Assembly: GCA_963716945.1 (NCBI GenBank)
Contig: OY970322.1
Span: forward strand, 600,001-632,000
DNA length: 32,000 bases
Direction: 5' to 3'
Origin: Candidatus Saccharimonadota bacterium
Lineage (GTDB): Bacteria > Patescibacteriota > Saccharimonadia > Saccharimonadales > UBA4665
Part shown: positions 7,072-15,329 of the stretch, in pieces
Layout of the letters: each line of letters opens with the position of its first letter
How positions within the stretch are numbered: the first letter of the stretch is position 1
Position numbers and translations under genes: made by a program
The notes under the pieces: generated by a model
Databases searched by the model: none
Told to the model about the DNA's origin: nothing
Seen by the model: the letters and a program-made list of their open reading frames with translations, nothing else

Positions 7072-7812
7072 TCAGACCAGACTGCTGTCCTTGGCATTGA
7101 TCGGCGTGCCCAGCTCCGTCCGCGAATCATGGTCCAGGAGCTGCTCGATTTCGTCGTAGATAGATTGCGAGAGGATCCTGATCAGCGAAACGTTAGCCTT
7201 GTTCAGCTCCTCCGAAAAGTCGATAAAGCCCAAGATATTCTCGGCGACCTGCAGTTCGCTGCGCAGGTTCAGGATCCGTTCGCGCAAGCTATAAGACATA
7301 GCATATTCGTATAGTATGAGGGTCTGTTCGAGCTCGGCCCGTGACAGCTCCAGCCGCTCCAGGTATTTAGGCAGGCCGGCGGCGTCGAGCGGCGTATCTT
7401 TGCTGGTCAGGCGGTGGCTTTCGAGGTAGTCGTCGACTTCGTTGCCGGCGCTGTCCAGGTACTGCCGGGCTTCTTCGCGGTTACTTATATTACCCCGTCG
7501 GGAACTTTTTCGTTCCAGGCCGAAGAGCCGGGCCATGCGCCATTTTATCCGGAAACAGGTGGCCTTGATCTCGTCTTCGGCCAGGCCGGCGGCATTGCGG
7601 GTTTTGCTGCTCTCTTCGCGTACGCCCAGGTAGTCGATAATCAGGGCCGTGAAGACGACGGTCGTGGCCGAAGCCGCCAGATCGATAAATAACGCCCCCC
7701 ACAGTGTGGCGAAACCGGTAATGTGCGCTATGCCCAGCGACACGCCGAAGGTTATGAAACCGATGACGAAGATTCCCGCCCGCTGCAAAGTCACGAAATC
7801 TTTAAACCGCAT
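7072..7812 (-). CDS. Hypothetical membrane protein (N-terminal 2-3 TM helices, helical cytoplasmic C-terminal domain)
   Basis: 246 aa. IFVIGFITFGVSLGIAHI and ATLWGALFIDLAASATTVVFTALII. No family recognised. Confidence 0.6.
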   Translation of the reverse strand: MRFKDFVTLQRAGIFVIGFITFGVSLGIAHITGFATLWGALFIDLAASATTVVFTALIIDYLGVREESSKTRNAAGLAEDEIKATCFRIKWRMARLFGLERKSSRRGNISNREEARQYLDSAGNEVDDYLESHRLTSKDTPLDAAGLPKYLERLELSRAELEQTLILYEYAMSYSLRERILNLRSELQVAENILGFIDFSEELNKANVSLIRILSQSIYDEIEQLLDHDSRTELGTPINAKDSSLV

Positions 7813-7881
7813 AAATTATCCCCATTCAGTCTCCTATTATCCGGCTTCGGCGCCGCTAAAGCAAAATCAAAGGGCTAAAGC

Positions 7882-8790
7882 TTAGCCGGCCAGCGGCTGT
7901 TCGGCCTGCTTGGCGCGCTCGCGGCGGATGCCGTCCAGGGCTACGGGCAGGTAGAGCCGTTCTTCGGTGAGCCGAGGCGAAGCGGCGGCCTTGCGTACAC
8001 TCCAATCAAGGCCGGCGAGCTTGGCTTGGTCGGCCTTTGAAAAAGGAATGTCGAAGCGTTCGCGCACCGTTTCCGGCAAGCCGCCGATGGCAAATAGCCT
8101 GGCGCCGCCGGCAACGGCCTTACGGCCGTATTTCCATATCCTGGGGTCGACCTTGAAAGCCTTGACAAAGCTCTCGATATCGCCCTCTTGGAACAGGCCG
8201 ATAAGATATTCGGCCGCCGGGGTCATCTCCAATTCTTCTTCGCAGATGCGCTGGTATTTGGTTTCAAAGTCTTCGAGAGTTTTCGGTACCGGCCGGGCGG
8301 TCATACCGTAGCGCGTGATGAACCAGGTCATCGACTCGCGGTTAAGCTGGCGTCTTTGATCTCTGTTAAAGGGCTGCGCGCTAAACCTGGTGTTGCCTTC
8401 TACGGTTGCCTCTTCGAATGTGGCATGGGCCCACCAGAACGTTTCGGGATGAAGGGCATGAAACGGCCGGCCCTTGCTGTCACGGCCGCCCATATGTTTG
8501 TGGATATCGCGTATCTCTAGGCCGGTTTGTTCGGCCTCGGGGCCGTAAACGCCCTCAAGTATCCGGTCGGCGGAGACGGCCAAACGCTTGCCGGGGTCAT
8601 TACGGACTTCGGAATATTGTTCTACGCCGGCCCCGAGGCCGGGCAGCATGTTCTGGAGGATACCGGCCGACGCGGCTGTCAGCAAGTTATAGCGCAGACC
8701 GAGGTTTTCCCATAATAGCGAACCGGGTCCTATAGGGAGTCCTTCGCCGGCTTCGGCCGTTTGCGGAGCCGAGTCGATGCCTGTTGTCAT
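7882..8790 (-). CDS. DUF2236 / MpaB-like oxygenase-family protein
   Basis: 302 aa. GSLLWENLG...AGILQNMLPGLGAGVEQYS...NDPGKRL...IRDIHKHMGG...HALHPETFWWAHATF follows the pattern I associate with the family. Confidence 0.6.
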   Translation of the reverse strand: MTTGIDSAPQTAEAGEGLPIGPGSLLWENLGLRYNLLTAASAGILQNMLPGLGAGVEQYSEVRNDPGKRLAVSADRILEGVYGPEAEQTGLEIRDIHKHMGGRDSKGRPFHALHPETFWWAHATFEEATVEGNTRFSAQPFNRDQRRQLNRESMTWFITRYGMTARPVPKTLEDFETKYQRICEEELEMTPAAEYLIGLFQEGDIESFVKAFKVDPRIWKYGRKAVAGGARLFAIGGLPETVRERFDIPFSKADQAKLAGLDWSVRKAAASPRLTEERLYLPVALDGIRRERAKQAEQPLAG

Positions 8791-8836
8791 TAAATTTATT
8801 TTACCTGATTACAGGGGTAATGTCAAACAACTTAGA

Positions 8837-9862
8837 CTAATAGCTGCCTAGTTCCTGCTCCAACTTAGCCCGCAAACGCAGCTCGGCGCTACTGTAACGG
8901 TCGTCGTCCATGTAGGCTTCGCCGATACTGGAGCCGGGTTGGCTCGTTTCGGCGGCTCGCATGCTTCTGTTGGCCTTGCGGCGGCCCCGTAGTTTGTTTG
9001 CGCCCTCACCTATCGTCAGGCTGCCGGCGGCGATCCACCACAATTTGGTATCGGCCAGGCCATGCTGGATGCCGTGGGCCAGCGCCGGGTCGCTATGGTC
9101 AAGCTTGATGACGGCCTCGGCGACGCTGCCGGTTACCAGGGCGGTTATGGCGCCGCTGTCGACGGCTGATTTGGCCACCAGCCGGCGAATAGCCGGCTTG
9201 GGTACGCCCTTGACGTGCGCCATACCGACGTAAGGTGCTACGCCTATGGCGATCGTTTTCACGCCGCGCCGGCCGTGGGCCGAGAGCGTGCTGCCGATAT
9301 GGGCCGCAACTGAACGCCGCCGCACGTTATCGGTCTCGGCTGCCGTGGTTTCCAAAACGGGCGGCGAGTTCGAGGAGAATAAGCCGGCCACTGCCGCAAT
9401 TTTTGCTTTGACCGCAGCAACGCCGGTCGGATAACGGCTGATGCCTTCGTTGAGGGTTTGACCCGACGTGAAGCACCAGGCACCGACCATGGCCCCGGTG
9501 GCAGCTGCGACTTCGACGGCGCTGTGGGTATGCTGAATGATTTCAGCGGTCACTTTGGGCACCATGACCGTGGGCAGGCGCGATAGGCCAACGGCTATGA
9601 CGCCGGCTGACGCGGTCGTCACGGCGGCATCGCCGGCCGGGTGGCCGTCTTTGCCGAAGTCGGCTTTTACGATTCTATAAAGGCTTCGGACCGGGCTGAA
9701 GCCTTTGCTAAGTACGGCGGTCACGGCACCGCGCGAAGCGGCCTTATCTTCATCCGGCAAGGCGTTTCCGGCAGGCTGAATAAGCTCTGCTGAGGCTTCA
9801 AAAGAAACAAGAGCTTCCGTAGGGGGTAAATGGCCGTTTCCCCGGACATCGCGCGAATCCAT
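8837..9862 (-). CDS. Hypothetical protein (Ala/Gly/Val-rich, several hydrophobic stretches)
   Basis: 341-aa ORF with GC-rich third codon positions. No recognisable motif. Confidence 0.55.
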   Translation of the reverse strand: MDSRDVRGNGHLPPTEALVSFEASAELIQPAGNALPDEDKAASRGAVTAVLSKGFSPVRSLYRIVKADFGKDGHPAGDAAVTTASAGVIAVGLSRLPTVMVPKVTAEIIQHTHSAVEVAAATGAMVGAWCFTSGQTLNEGISRYPTGVAAVKAKIAAVAGLFSSNSPPVLETTAAETDNVRRRSVAAHIGSTLSAHGRRGVKTIAIGVAPYVGMAHVKGVPKPAIRRLVAKSAVDSGAITALVTGSVAEAVIKLDHSDPALAHGIQHGLADTKLWWIAAGSLTIGEGANKLRGRRKANRSMRAAETSQPGSSIGEAYMDDDRYSSAELRLRAKLEQELGSY

Positions 9863-9912
9863 AGGCTATTATTTGACCATGGATGACTGACAGTTGTCAA
9901 ATATACGGTTCG

Positions 9913-10932
9913 TCAGGAGCCGTCGGGCGATAGGTAGTAAACCACTTGGCCGGCGGCCCCGTTCTGAGTAATCGTATTGGCGGCCATTTGGCCGTTGCCG
10001 GTAGCCGGATCGACGGTTGACGAGTTGCCATAGATGAAGGTCGGGGTCGGGCCGCCGCTGATAACGATCTCGACATGCCCGCCGTCATAGTCGAAATAGG
10101 CGACGTCCCCGGCCTTCGGCGTGTAATTGGCGGCCGAATGCTTGGTGAAGCCCATGTTCTGGATGTTGCCGGCGATGTTCTCGTCCCACCCGTCGGCTTC
10201 GCCCTTCGTAAACGGATGGCCCGCTTGTCTGTAAACGTAGCTGACGAAATCGGCGCACCATTCTTCGTATGGCGCACCGTCGGTGTAACTATTGAGCAGC
10301 GCTTCGTGGCTGGGGGCGCCGGATTGCCAAGCCGTCCACTGCTGCTCGGCGTAACAGGCTACCTTTTGGCCTTCACCGCCCTGGCACGGGCTGCCCGGTC
10401 CGCTATTGCCGTTGGCCGCCGCCAGCGACCATGTTTCATCGGGTCCGGCCAAGGCGGCGCAGACAGCGATGTCGAGCTGGACTCCGGCTTTGCCGCCGGG
10501 GACATTAAGGCACAGGCCGCTGTTGGGGTTCATAAAGCCGCTCTTGTCCCGCAGCCACACCTGTCCCGGGGCGCCCGAGCAATTATCCGAAACTACTTGC
10601 TGGCCGGCCGCCTGGCCGTTGTCCCGGACGGAGAGGCAGCGGTTGCCGTCGCGGGTAATGGTATCCGAAGTAACCGTCCAGTCCTGGGCGGCCGTAGCGT
10701 TGCAAGCCGAAACTTCGACGGGCGTACCGGCAACGGTACTGCCGTGGCGGTCGTCCAAGCAGTAGCCGGCAATGCCGGATTTAACCGGTGCGCCGCCGGC
10801 CAAAGCATGGCCGATGACCGACCGGAACGTGGCGAACGTGCCGATTAGCAGCGCCAGGATTAAGACGTAGCGTACGGCGCCGGCCTGATTAGGCGCGGAC
10901 CGGGGCGCTTGGTTGTGAAAAGATCTTTGCAC
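9913..10932 (-). CDS. Secreted cell-wall hydrolase: ricin-type beta-trefoil lectin + CHAP amidase/peptidase domain
   Basis: N-terminal anchor VRYVLILALLIGTFATF. Three QxW-like trefoil motifs (QDW, QVW, ETW) with paired Cys. CHAP Cys in EEWCADFVSYVY and His in GGHVEIV. GTG start. Confidence 0.85.
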   Translation of the reverse strand: MQRSFHNQAPRSAPNQAGAVRYVLILALLIGTFATFRSVIGHALAGGAPVKSGIAGYCLDDRHGSTVAGTPVEVSACNATAAQDWTVTSDTITRDGNRCLSVRDNGQAAGQQVVSDNCSGAPGQVWLRDKSGFMNPNSGLCLNVPGGKAGVQLDIAVCAALAGPDETWSLAAANGNSGPGSPCQGGEGQKVACYAEQQWTAWQSGAPSHEALLNSYTDGAPYEEWCADFVSYVYRQAGHPFTKGEADGWDENIAGNIQNMGFTKHSAANYTPKAGDVAYFDYDGGHVEIVISGGPTPTFIYGNSSTVDPATGNGQMAANTITQNGAAGQVVYYLSPDGS

Positions 10933-10965
10933 GTGTGAGGATTTTTGTTTTTGAACGGTTTTTAA

Positions 10966-10974
10966 ATTATAACA
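10966..10974 (-). promoter_or_regulatory. Extended -10 (TGtTATAAT) upstream of the ricin-CHAP gene
   Basis: Gene strand: TGTTATAAT (plus-strand attataaca at 10966-10974). Confidence 0.45.
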
Positions 10975-11003
10975 TATGCGTTTTGACGATTAGCAATAAA
11001 TTA

Positions 11004-11759
11004 TTAAACCAGGATGAATTTGCGTATGACGTCGGCCACGCCGTCATGTTCTAGGTCCGGCGCCACGTAATCGGCCGCCGCTTTGAGCCCGTCCGGCGCG
11101 TTGCCCATGGCGACCTTAAGGCCGACGGCATTAAACAGCGGCAGATCGTTAGGGTTGTCGCCGACCCCGATTACATCGGATGGCGCTACGTCCATCAGTT
11201 TTAACAGCTCCGCCAAGGCATGTTCTTTGGTGCCGTCGGGCGAAGTGACGTGTATGGCTACGAAATCACCGGGATTCCACGACGAGGCAATATGCACCGC
11301 CACCCCTTTGATGGCCGACAGTTTTTCAACGGCGGCATCGGCTTTGCCGGTTGGGACGTCTTCGAGTTCGATCTTGCCGACAGGCTGCTTAACGGTCGAT
11401 AGGTTCCTCACGTAAGTCGTGCGGCCATCCAAAGTAACGAAGATTTTATAGGGCAGCCCGAGGCAGGCGGCTAAGACTTCTTGCTGCTTGGTGGCCGGCA
11501 GGGTTTTGCTGAAGACGATTTCGCCGGTCACCGGATTCATAATCTGCGACCCGCCGTCCAGGATGCAGGGTTCGGTAATGCCGAGCTGGCCGATGACGGT
11601 TTCGGCCAGGTGCCAGGAGCGGCCGGTGGCGACGGCTATCTTTACTAGCCGGTGGGCGGCCCGGACGGCCTCTTCTACCGCCGGGCTCGGCCGGCTGCCG
11701 CCCCGGGAAGCGATGGTCGTGCCGTCCAGGTCCAGGATTAAGGCTTTGTAGCGTTTCAC
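11004..11759 (-). CDS. Cof-type HAD-superfamily phosphatase (subfamily IIB)
   Basis: 251 aa. Motif I LILDLDGT, motif IV GVGDNPNDLPLF, cap domain between them. GTG start overlaps the ribD stop (GTGA). Confidence 0.85.
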   Translation of the reverse strand: MKRYKALILDLDGTTIASRGGSRPSPAVEEAVRAAHRLVKIAVATGRSWHLAETVIGQLGITEPCILDGGSQIMNPVTGEIVFSKTLPATKQQEVLAACLGLPYKIFVTLDGRTTYVRNLSTVKQPVGKIELEDVPTGKADAAVEKLSAIKGVAVHIASSWNPGDFVAIHVTSPDGTKEHALAELLKLMDVAPSDVIGVGDNPNDLPLFNAVGLKVAMGNAPDGLKAAADYVAPDLEHDGVADVIRKFILV

Positions 11760-12847
11760 CGGGCCTCCGGATAGCCGCTGACCATGAAGTTATCCCCGAA
11801 ACGCTTGAAACTGATAGCTTTCAGGCGCATGGCCCGGCTGATTGTCGTGGCGCCCTTGCCGGCTATGGCAACGGCCGCCGAGCCGCCGACCAGCAGCGGC
11901 GCGTAAAACGCGTAAACCTTGTCGGCCAGGCCGGCATCGACGAAACTGCCCAAGATCTCGCCGCCGCCCTCGACCAGGAGGCTGATTATTCCCCTCTCGC
12001 CGAGGTCGGCTGCCAGCCGTTCGACCGGTACGGTTTTGCCCGGGTAAGACAGAACTTGGATGCCTTGTTCTTCGAGCCGCCGCCGTTTGAGGGCCGGCGC
12101 AGCGTCGGCCGTAGCTATAAGGACATTATTGTCACGGAGAACTTGAGCCGCCGGCGGAATTTGGAGGCGGGAATCGACAATCACGCGCAAGGGGTCCGGC
12201 CGGCCGGCCCGGCGCGGGCCGAGTTGCGGGTCATCGCTCAATACGGTGTTGATACCGACTAGCACGGCCTGGTATTCGGCCCTCAAACCCCTGGCGTAGG
12301 CCCGGGCCTGCTCGTTAGTGATCCATTTCGAATCGCCGCTCGCAGTGGCCAGTTTGCCGTCCAGGCTGGCGGCGAATTTGAGGACGATGAAGGGCCGCCC
12401 GTTGGCGTGGAAGGCGCAAAAGGCCTCATTGAGTTTGCCGGCGGCTGCGGCCAGCGGGCCGACGGCCACCTCGATCCCGGCCGCCTGCAGCCGCGTGATG
12501 CCTTGGCCGGCGACCAACGGGTTGGGATCGGTGATGGCGCAGACCACCCGGCCGATTCCGGCTTCGATAATAGCCTCGGCGCAGGGCGGCGTCCGGCCGT
12601 GGTGCGAGCATGGTTCGAGATTGACGTAGAGGGTGGCGCCGGCGGCTGCCGGGCCGGCGTCCCTCAGGGCTTCGATTTCGGCATGGGGCGAACCGGCCCG
12701 GTGGTGGTAGCCTCGGCCTATAACCAGGCCGTCTTTGACAACCAGCGCGCCGACCATCGGGTTGGGGTTGGTCCGGCCCTTGGCCCGCGCGGCCAGCTTG
12801 AGGGCCTGGTCCATGAATTTTTCATCCGGCGAAAGCTTGGCGGGCAT
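11756..12847 (-). CDS. ribD: Bifunctional diaminohydroxyphosphoribosylaminopyrimidine deaminase / 5-amino-6-(5-phosphoribosylamino)uracil reductase
   Basis: 363 aa. Zinc-deaminase motifs HAEIEAL and PCSHHGRTPPC, with a C-terminal reductase domain. Confidence 0.93.
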   Translation of the reverse strand: MPAKLSPDEKFMDQALKLAARAKGRTNPNPMVGALVVKDGLVIGRGYHHRAGSPHAEIEALRDAGPAAAGATLYVNLEPCSHHGRTPPCAEAIIEAGIGRVVCAITDPNPLVAGQGITRLQAAGIEVAVGPLAAAAGKLNEAFCAFHANGRPFIVLKFAASLDGKLATASGDSKWITNEQARAYARGLRAEYQAVLVGINTVLSDDPQLGPRRAGRPDPLRVIVDSRLQIPPAAQVLRDNNVLIATADAAPALKRRRLEEQGIQVLSYPGKTVPVERLAADLGERGIISLLVEGGGEILGSFVDAGLADKVYAFYAPLLVGGSAAVAIAGKGATTISRAMRLKAISFKRFGDNFMVSGYPEAR

Positions 12848-12852
12848 CGGGA

Positions 12853-14088
12853 CTATATTCCGGTTAGCTTGTGGCCGAACTTAAGCTTCTTGGTGGCCAG
12901 GTACTTGGCGTTGACGCCATTGGCAGGGATTTCCAGCGGCACGCGCCGATTTACCCTGATCCCGAGCGCTTTAAGCTGCTCTTCTTTCTCGGGGTTGTTG
13001 GTCAAAAGGTTAACATTACGGATTGCGAGGTCTTGGAGGATGGCGGCGGCCGTTTCATAACTCCGGCTATCGGCCTTGAAGCCAAGCGCCTGGTTAGCCT
13101 CGGCAGTATCATAGCCTGCGTCCTGCAGGGCGTAAGCTTTGACCTTGTTGGCCAGCCCGATGCCCCGCCCTTCCTGGTCAAGGTAAACCAGCACGCCGCG
13201 GCCGGCCGCCTGGATCATTGACAGGCTCTTCTGCAGCTGGGCCTGGCAGTCGCAGCGCAGCGACGAAAAGGTGTCGCCGGTCAGACACTTGGAGTGTACC
13301 CGCGCCAGCATCGGTTTGGCGGACCCCGGCTCATTATCCAGCAGCAGGACGGAGTGCTCCCGGTTATCAAGGATTGATTTGTAAACCCGCAACTGGAATT
13401 CACCGTATGCGGTCGGCAAAACCGAAGCGGCGGCTTCGAAGATAGTCTTGGCCGGCTTGACGCTAGACTTCGGCTGCCCGCGCCGGTAGCTGACCAGGTC
13501 GGCAATCGATACGATCTTGAGGCCATGTGTATTGGCGAAAGCTACCAGCTCCTTGCCTTCGGACGGTTCCCCCTCGTCATTAAGGATTTCGCAAATCACG
13601 CCGCAGGGCGCGAAGCCGGCCAGCCCGGCCAGGTCACTGGCGGCTTCGGTGTGGCCGGTGCGCTCGAGGACGCCGCCGGCGCGGGCCACCAGCGGGAAAA
13701 CGTGTCCCGGGCGCACCAGGTCGCCGGGTTTGGACCGTTTATCGATAATCGTGCGGATGGTTTCGGCCCGGTCGGCGGCCGATATGCCGAAGGCTGTCAC
13801 GGCCTTGGCATCGACGGAGACCGAGAAATTCACGCCTGTCGACTCGGTGTTGAGGCCCGGTTCGACCATCGGCGGCAAATCCAAACGGATGGCGTACTGG
13901 CGCGTGACCGGCACGCAGATCAAGCCGCGGCCCTGCTGGATCATGAAGTTAACTTTTTCGGCGTTGGCCAGCTCGGCCGGGAAAAACAAATCGCCCTGGT
14001 TCTCCCGTCCGGGGTCATCGACGATAATCAGCGGCCGCCCGGCTTTAACCTCTTCCAGAGCCTGCTCGACACCGCAAAAGGCGCTCAT
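12853..14088 (-). CDS. ribBA: Bifunctional 3,4-dihydroxy-2-butanone-4-phosphate synthase / GTP cyclohydrolase II
   Basis: 411 aa. DPGRENQGDL and HTEAASDLAGLAG (DHBP synthase), CLTGDTFSSLRCDCQAQL (GCH II zinc site). Confidence 0.93.
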   Translation of the reverse strand: MSAFCGVEQALEEVKAGRPLIIVDDPGRENQGDLFFPAELANAEKVNFMIQQGRGLICVPVTRQYAIRLDLPPMVEPGLNTESTGVNFSVSVDAKAVTAFGISAADRAETIRTIIDKRSKPGDLVRPGHVFPLVARAGGVLERTGHTEAASDLAGLAGFAPCGVICEILNDEGEPSEGKELVAFANTHGLKIVSIADLVSYRRGQPKSSVKPAKTIFEAAASVLPTAYGEFQLRVYKSILDNREHSVLLLDNEPGSAKPMLARVHSKCLTGDTFSSLRCDCQAQLQKSLSMIQAAGRGVLVYLDQEGRGIGLANKVKAYALQDAGYDTAEANQALGFKADSRSYETAAAILQDLAIRNVNLLTNNPEKEEQLKALGIRVNRRVPLEIPANGVNAKYLATKKLKFGHKLTGI

Positions 14089-14528
14089 AGGCTGTCCCCG
14101 AGTTCAATCATGGCCAAAGCCGTCAGCGCCCCCTCGACCCCGCGGTTGTCATCGCTGCCGTTAGCCCGGTCCAGGGCGTCCTGGATATCATAAACGCACA
14201 ACACTTCGAAGACTACCGGTACCTCGAAATCATAGGCGACCTTCATGCAGCCGCGGACGCACTCGTCGGCCACCTGCTCGAAGTGGTAGGTTTTGCCTTT
14301 AAGGACGGAGCCGAAAACGATGATGGCGCCGTAGATTGATTTTTGAGCCAATTTCTTGGCGGTCAGGGGGATTTCGAGCGCGCCGGGCACGGCTATGACG
14401 TCGATTTGGTCTTTGCCGACACCCTTTTCGTCCAAAGTGGCCAGGCAGTTCTTGATTAACGCGTCAGTGATGTCGGGCCGGTAGCGGCTGCCGATGATGG
14501 CGATCCGTTTAGTCTTGCCGTTTGGCAT
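14085..14528 (-). CDS. ribH: 6,7-dimethyl-8-ribityllumazine synthase
   Basis: 147 aa. RIAIIGSRY...VPGALEIPL...FGSVLKGKTYHFE pattern. ATGA overlap with ribBA. Confidence 0.9.
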   Translation of the reverse strand: MPNGKTKRIAIIGSRYRPDITDALIKNCLATLDEKGVGKDQIDVIAVPGALEIPLTAKKLAQKSIYGAIIVFGSVLKGKTYHFEQVADECVRGCMKVAYDFEVPVVFEVLCVYDIQDALDRANGSDDNRGVEGALTALAMIELGDSL

Positions 14529-15111
14529 AGGTTTGCTCCTTCATGAATTTCTTAAAGTACTTCGCCATAATGTCGACCTCGATATTGACCCGGTCGCCGA
14601 CGGCCGCGTCCCGCAGCATGGTGTGCGTATAGGTATGGGGAATAATGCCCACCGTGAAGCTGTCAGCCGTCACGTCGATAACCGTCAGAGAGATGCCGTT
14701 GACGGCCACGGCGCCCTTCTCGATCAGGTAAGCGGCCAGCCCGGCCGGGATGCCGATGGTGAATAAGTAGCTGTTGTCAGATTTGTCGATGGCCAGGATT
14801 TCGCCTGTGCCGTCAACGTGGCCTTGGACGATATGGCCGTCGAACCGGCCGTCGGCGCCCAGCGGCAGCTCGAGGTTGACGCGGCCGCGCGGTTTGAGGC
14901 GGCCCAGAGCCGTCCGCTGCCAGGTTTCATTCATGACGTCGGCCTCGAAGCCGGTTTCGTGCAGCACTGTCACGGTCAGGCAGACGCCGTTGACGGCGAC
15001 GCTCGACCCGATCTGGAGCTTAGCGGCAAACTCTTTCGAGCAGTCCAGCCGCAAGCTGCCGGCCGAGCGTTCGGCACAAGTTCCAAGTTCGCTGATAATA
15101 CCCGTGAACAT
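14509..15111 (-). CDS. ribE: Riboflavin synthase (alpha chain)
   Basis: Canonical N-terminus MFTGIISELG at ATG 15111. The track start at 15150 would run through the riboswitch terminator. Internal duplication ending in RVNLE / RVNIEVD. Confidence 0.9.
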   Translation of the reverse strand: MFTGIISELGTCAERSAGSLRLDCSKEFAAKLQIGSSVAVNGVCLTVTVLHETGFEADVMNETWQRTALGRLKPRGRVNLELPLGADGRFDGHIVQGHVDGTGEILAIDKSDNSYLFTIGIPAGLAAYLIEKGAVAVNGISLTVIDVTADSFTVGIIPHTYTHTMLRDAAVGDRVNIEVDIMAKYFKKFMKEQTYAKRQD

Positions 15112-15140
15112 AAAAAATCCCCTTCTTTCGGGGATTTTAA
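15112..15140 (-). terminator. Intrinsic terminator (expression platform of the FMN riboswitch)
   Basis: Gene strand: AAAAUCCCCgaaagaaGGGGAUUUUUU, directly abutting the ribE ATG. Confidence 0.7.
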
Positions 15141-15170
15141 ACAACGCCAAATAAAACTATGGCTGTCGTT

Positions 15171-15284
15171 TTCCTTTCTTTCATCCCGACTATACGGTCG
15201 GCCCCGGAATTGCACCGGATCGTGCCTTGGCAGGCTCGTGGGCTGTAACCACCGATTGGGACTTGCACCCAACCCCGAAAGGAA
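15171..15284 (-). promoter_or_regulatory. FMN riboswitch (RFN element) aptamer
   Basis: Gene strand: TTCCTTTCGGGGTTGGGTGCAAGTCCCAATCGGTGGTTACAGCCCACGAGC...GATCCGGTGCAATTCCGGGGCCGACCGTATAGTCGGGATGAAAGAAAGGAA. P1 pairs TTCCTTTC with GAAAGGAA. The conserved RFN core blocks are present. Confidence 0.9.
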
Positions 15285-15291
15285 CTCTTAT

Positions 15292-15297
15292 ATTATA
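15292..15297 (-). promoter_or_regulatory. -10 hexamer TATAAT for the rib leader
   Basis: Gene strand: gaTGTATAATataagag. It lies about 8 nt upstream of the riboswitch P1 stem. Confidence 0.5.
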
Positions 15298-15329
15298 CAT
15301 CAATTACTAAACTCCTGTACTATGGAGCC

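Noticed and set aside
10075-10848. Long antisense ORFs in the track (for example 10075-10848 +, 12407-13060 +, 13517-14193 +, 23159-23746 -, 26110-26754 -, 29975-30538 +)
   Set aside because: Each lies opposite a gene with clear family motifs. Their products are Arg/Ala/Gly/Pro-rich low-complexity strings, typical of shadow frames in GC-rich DNA.
15112-15150. Track N-terminal extensions: ribE from 15150, pstS from 25839, hypothetical from 31501, RR from 3725
   Set aside because: The extensions run through a terminator hairpin, a leader repeat (TTG start), a -35 box and an SD respectively. Internal ATGs give canonical N-termini.
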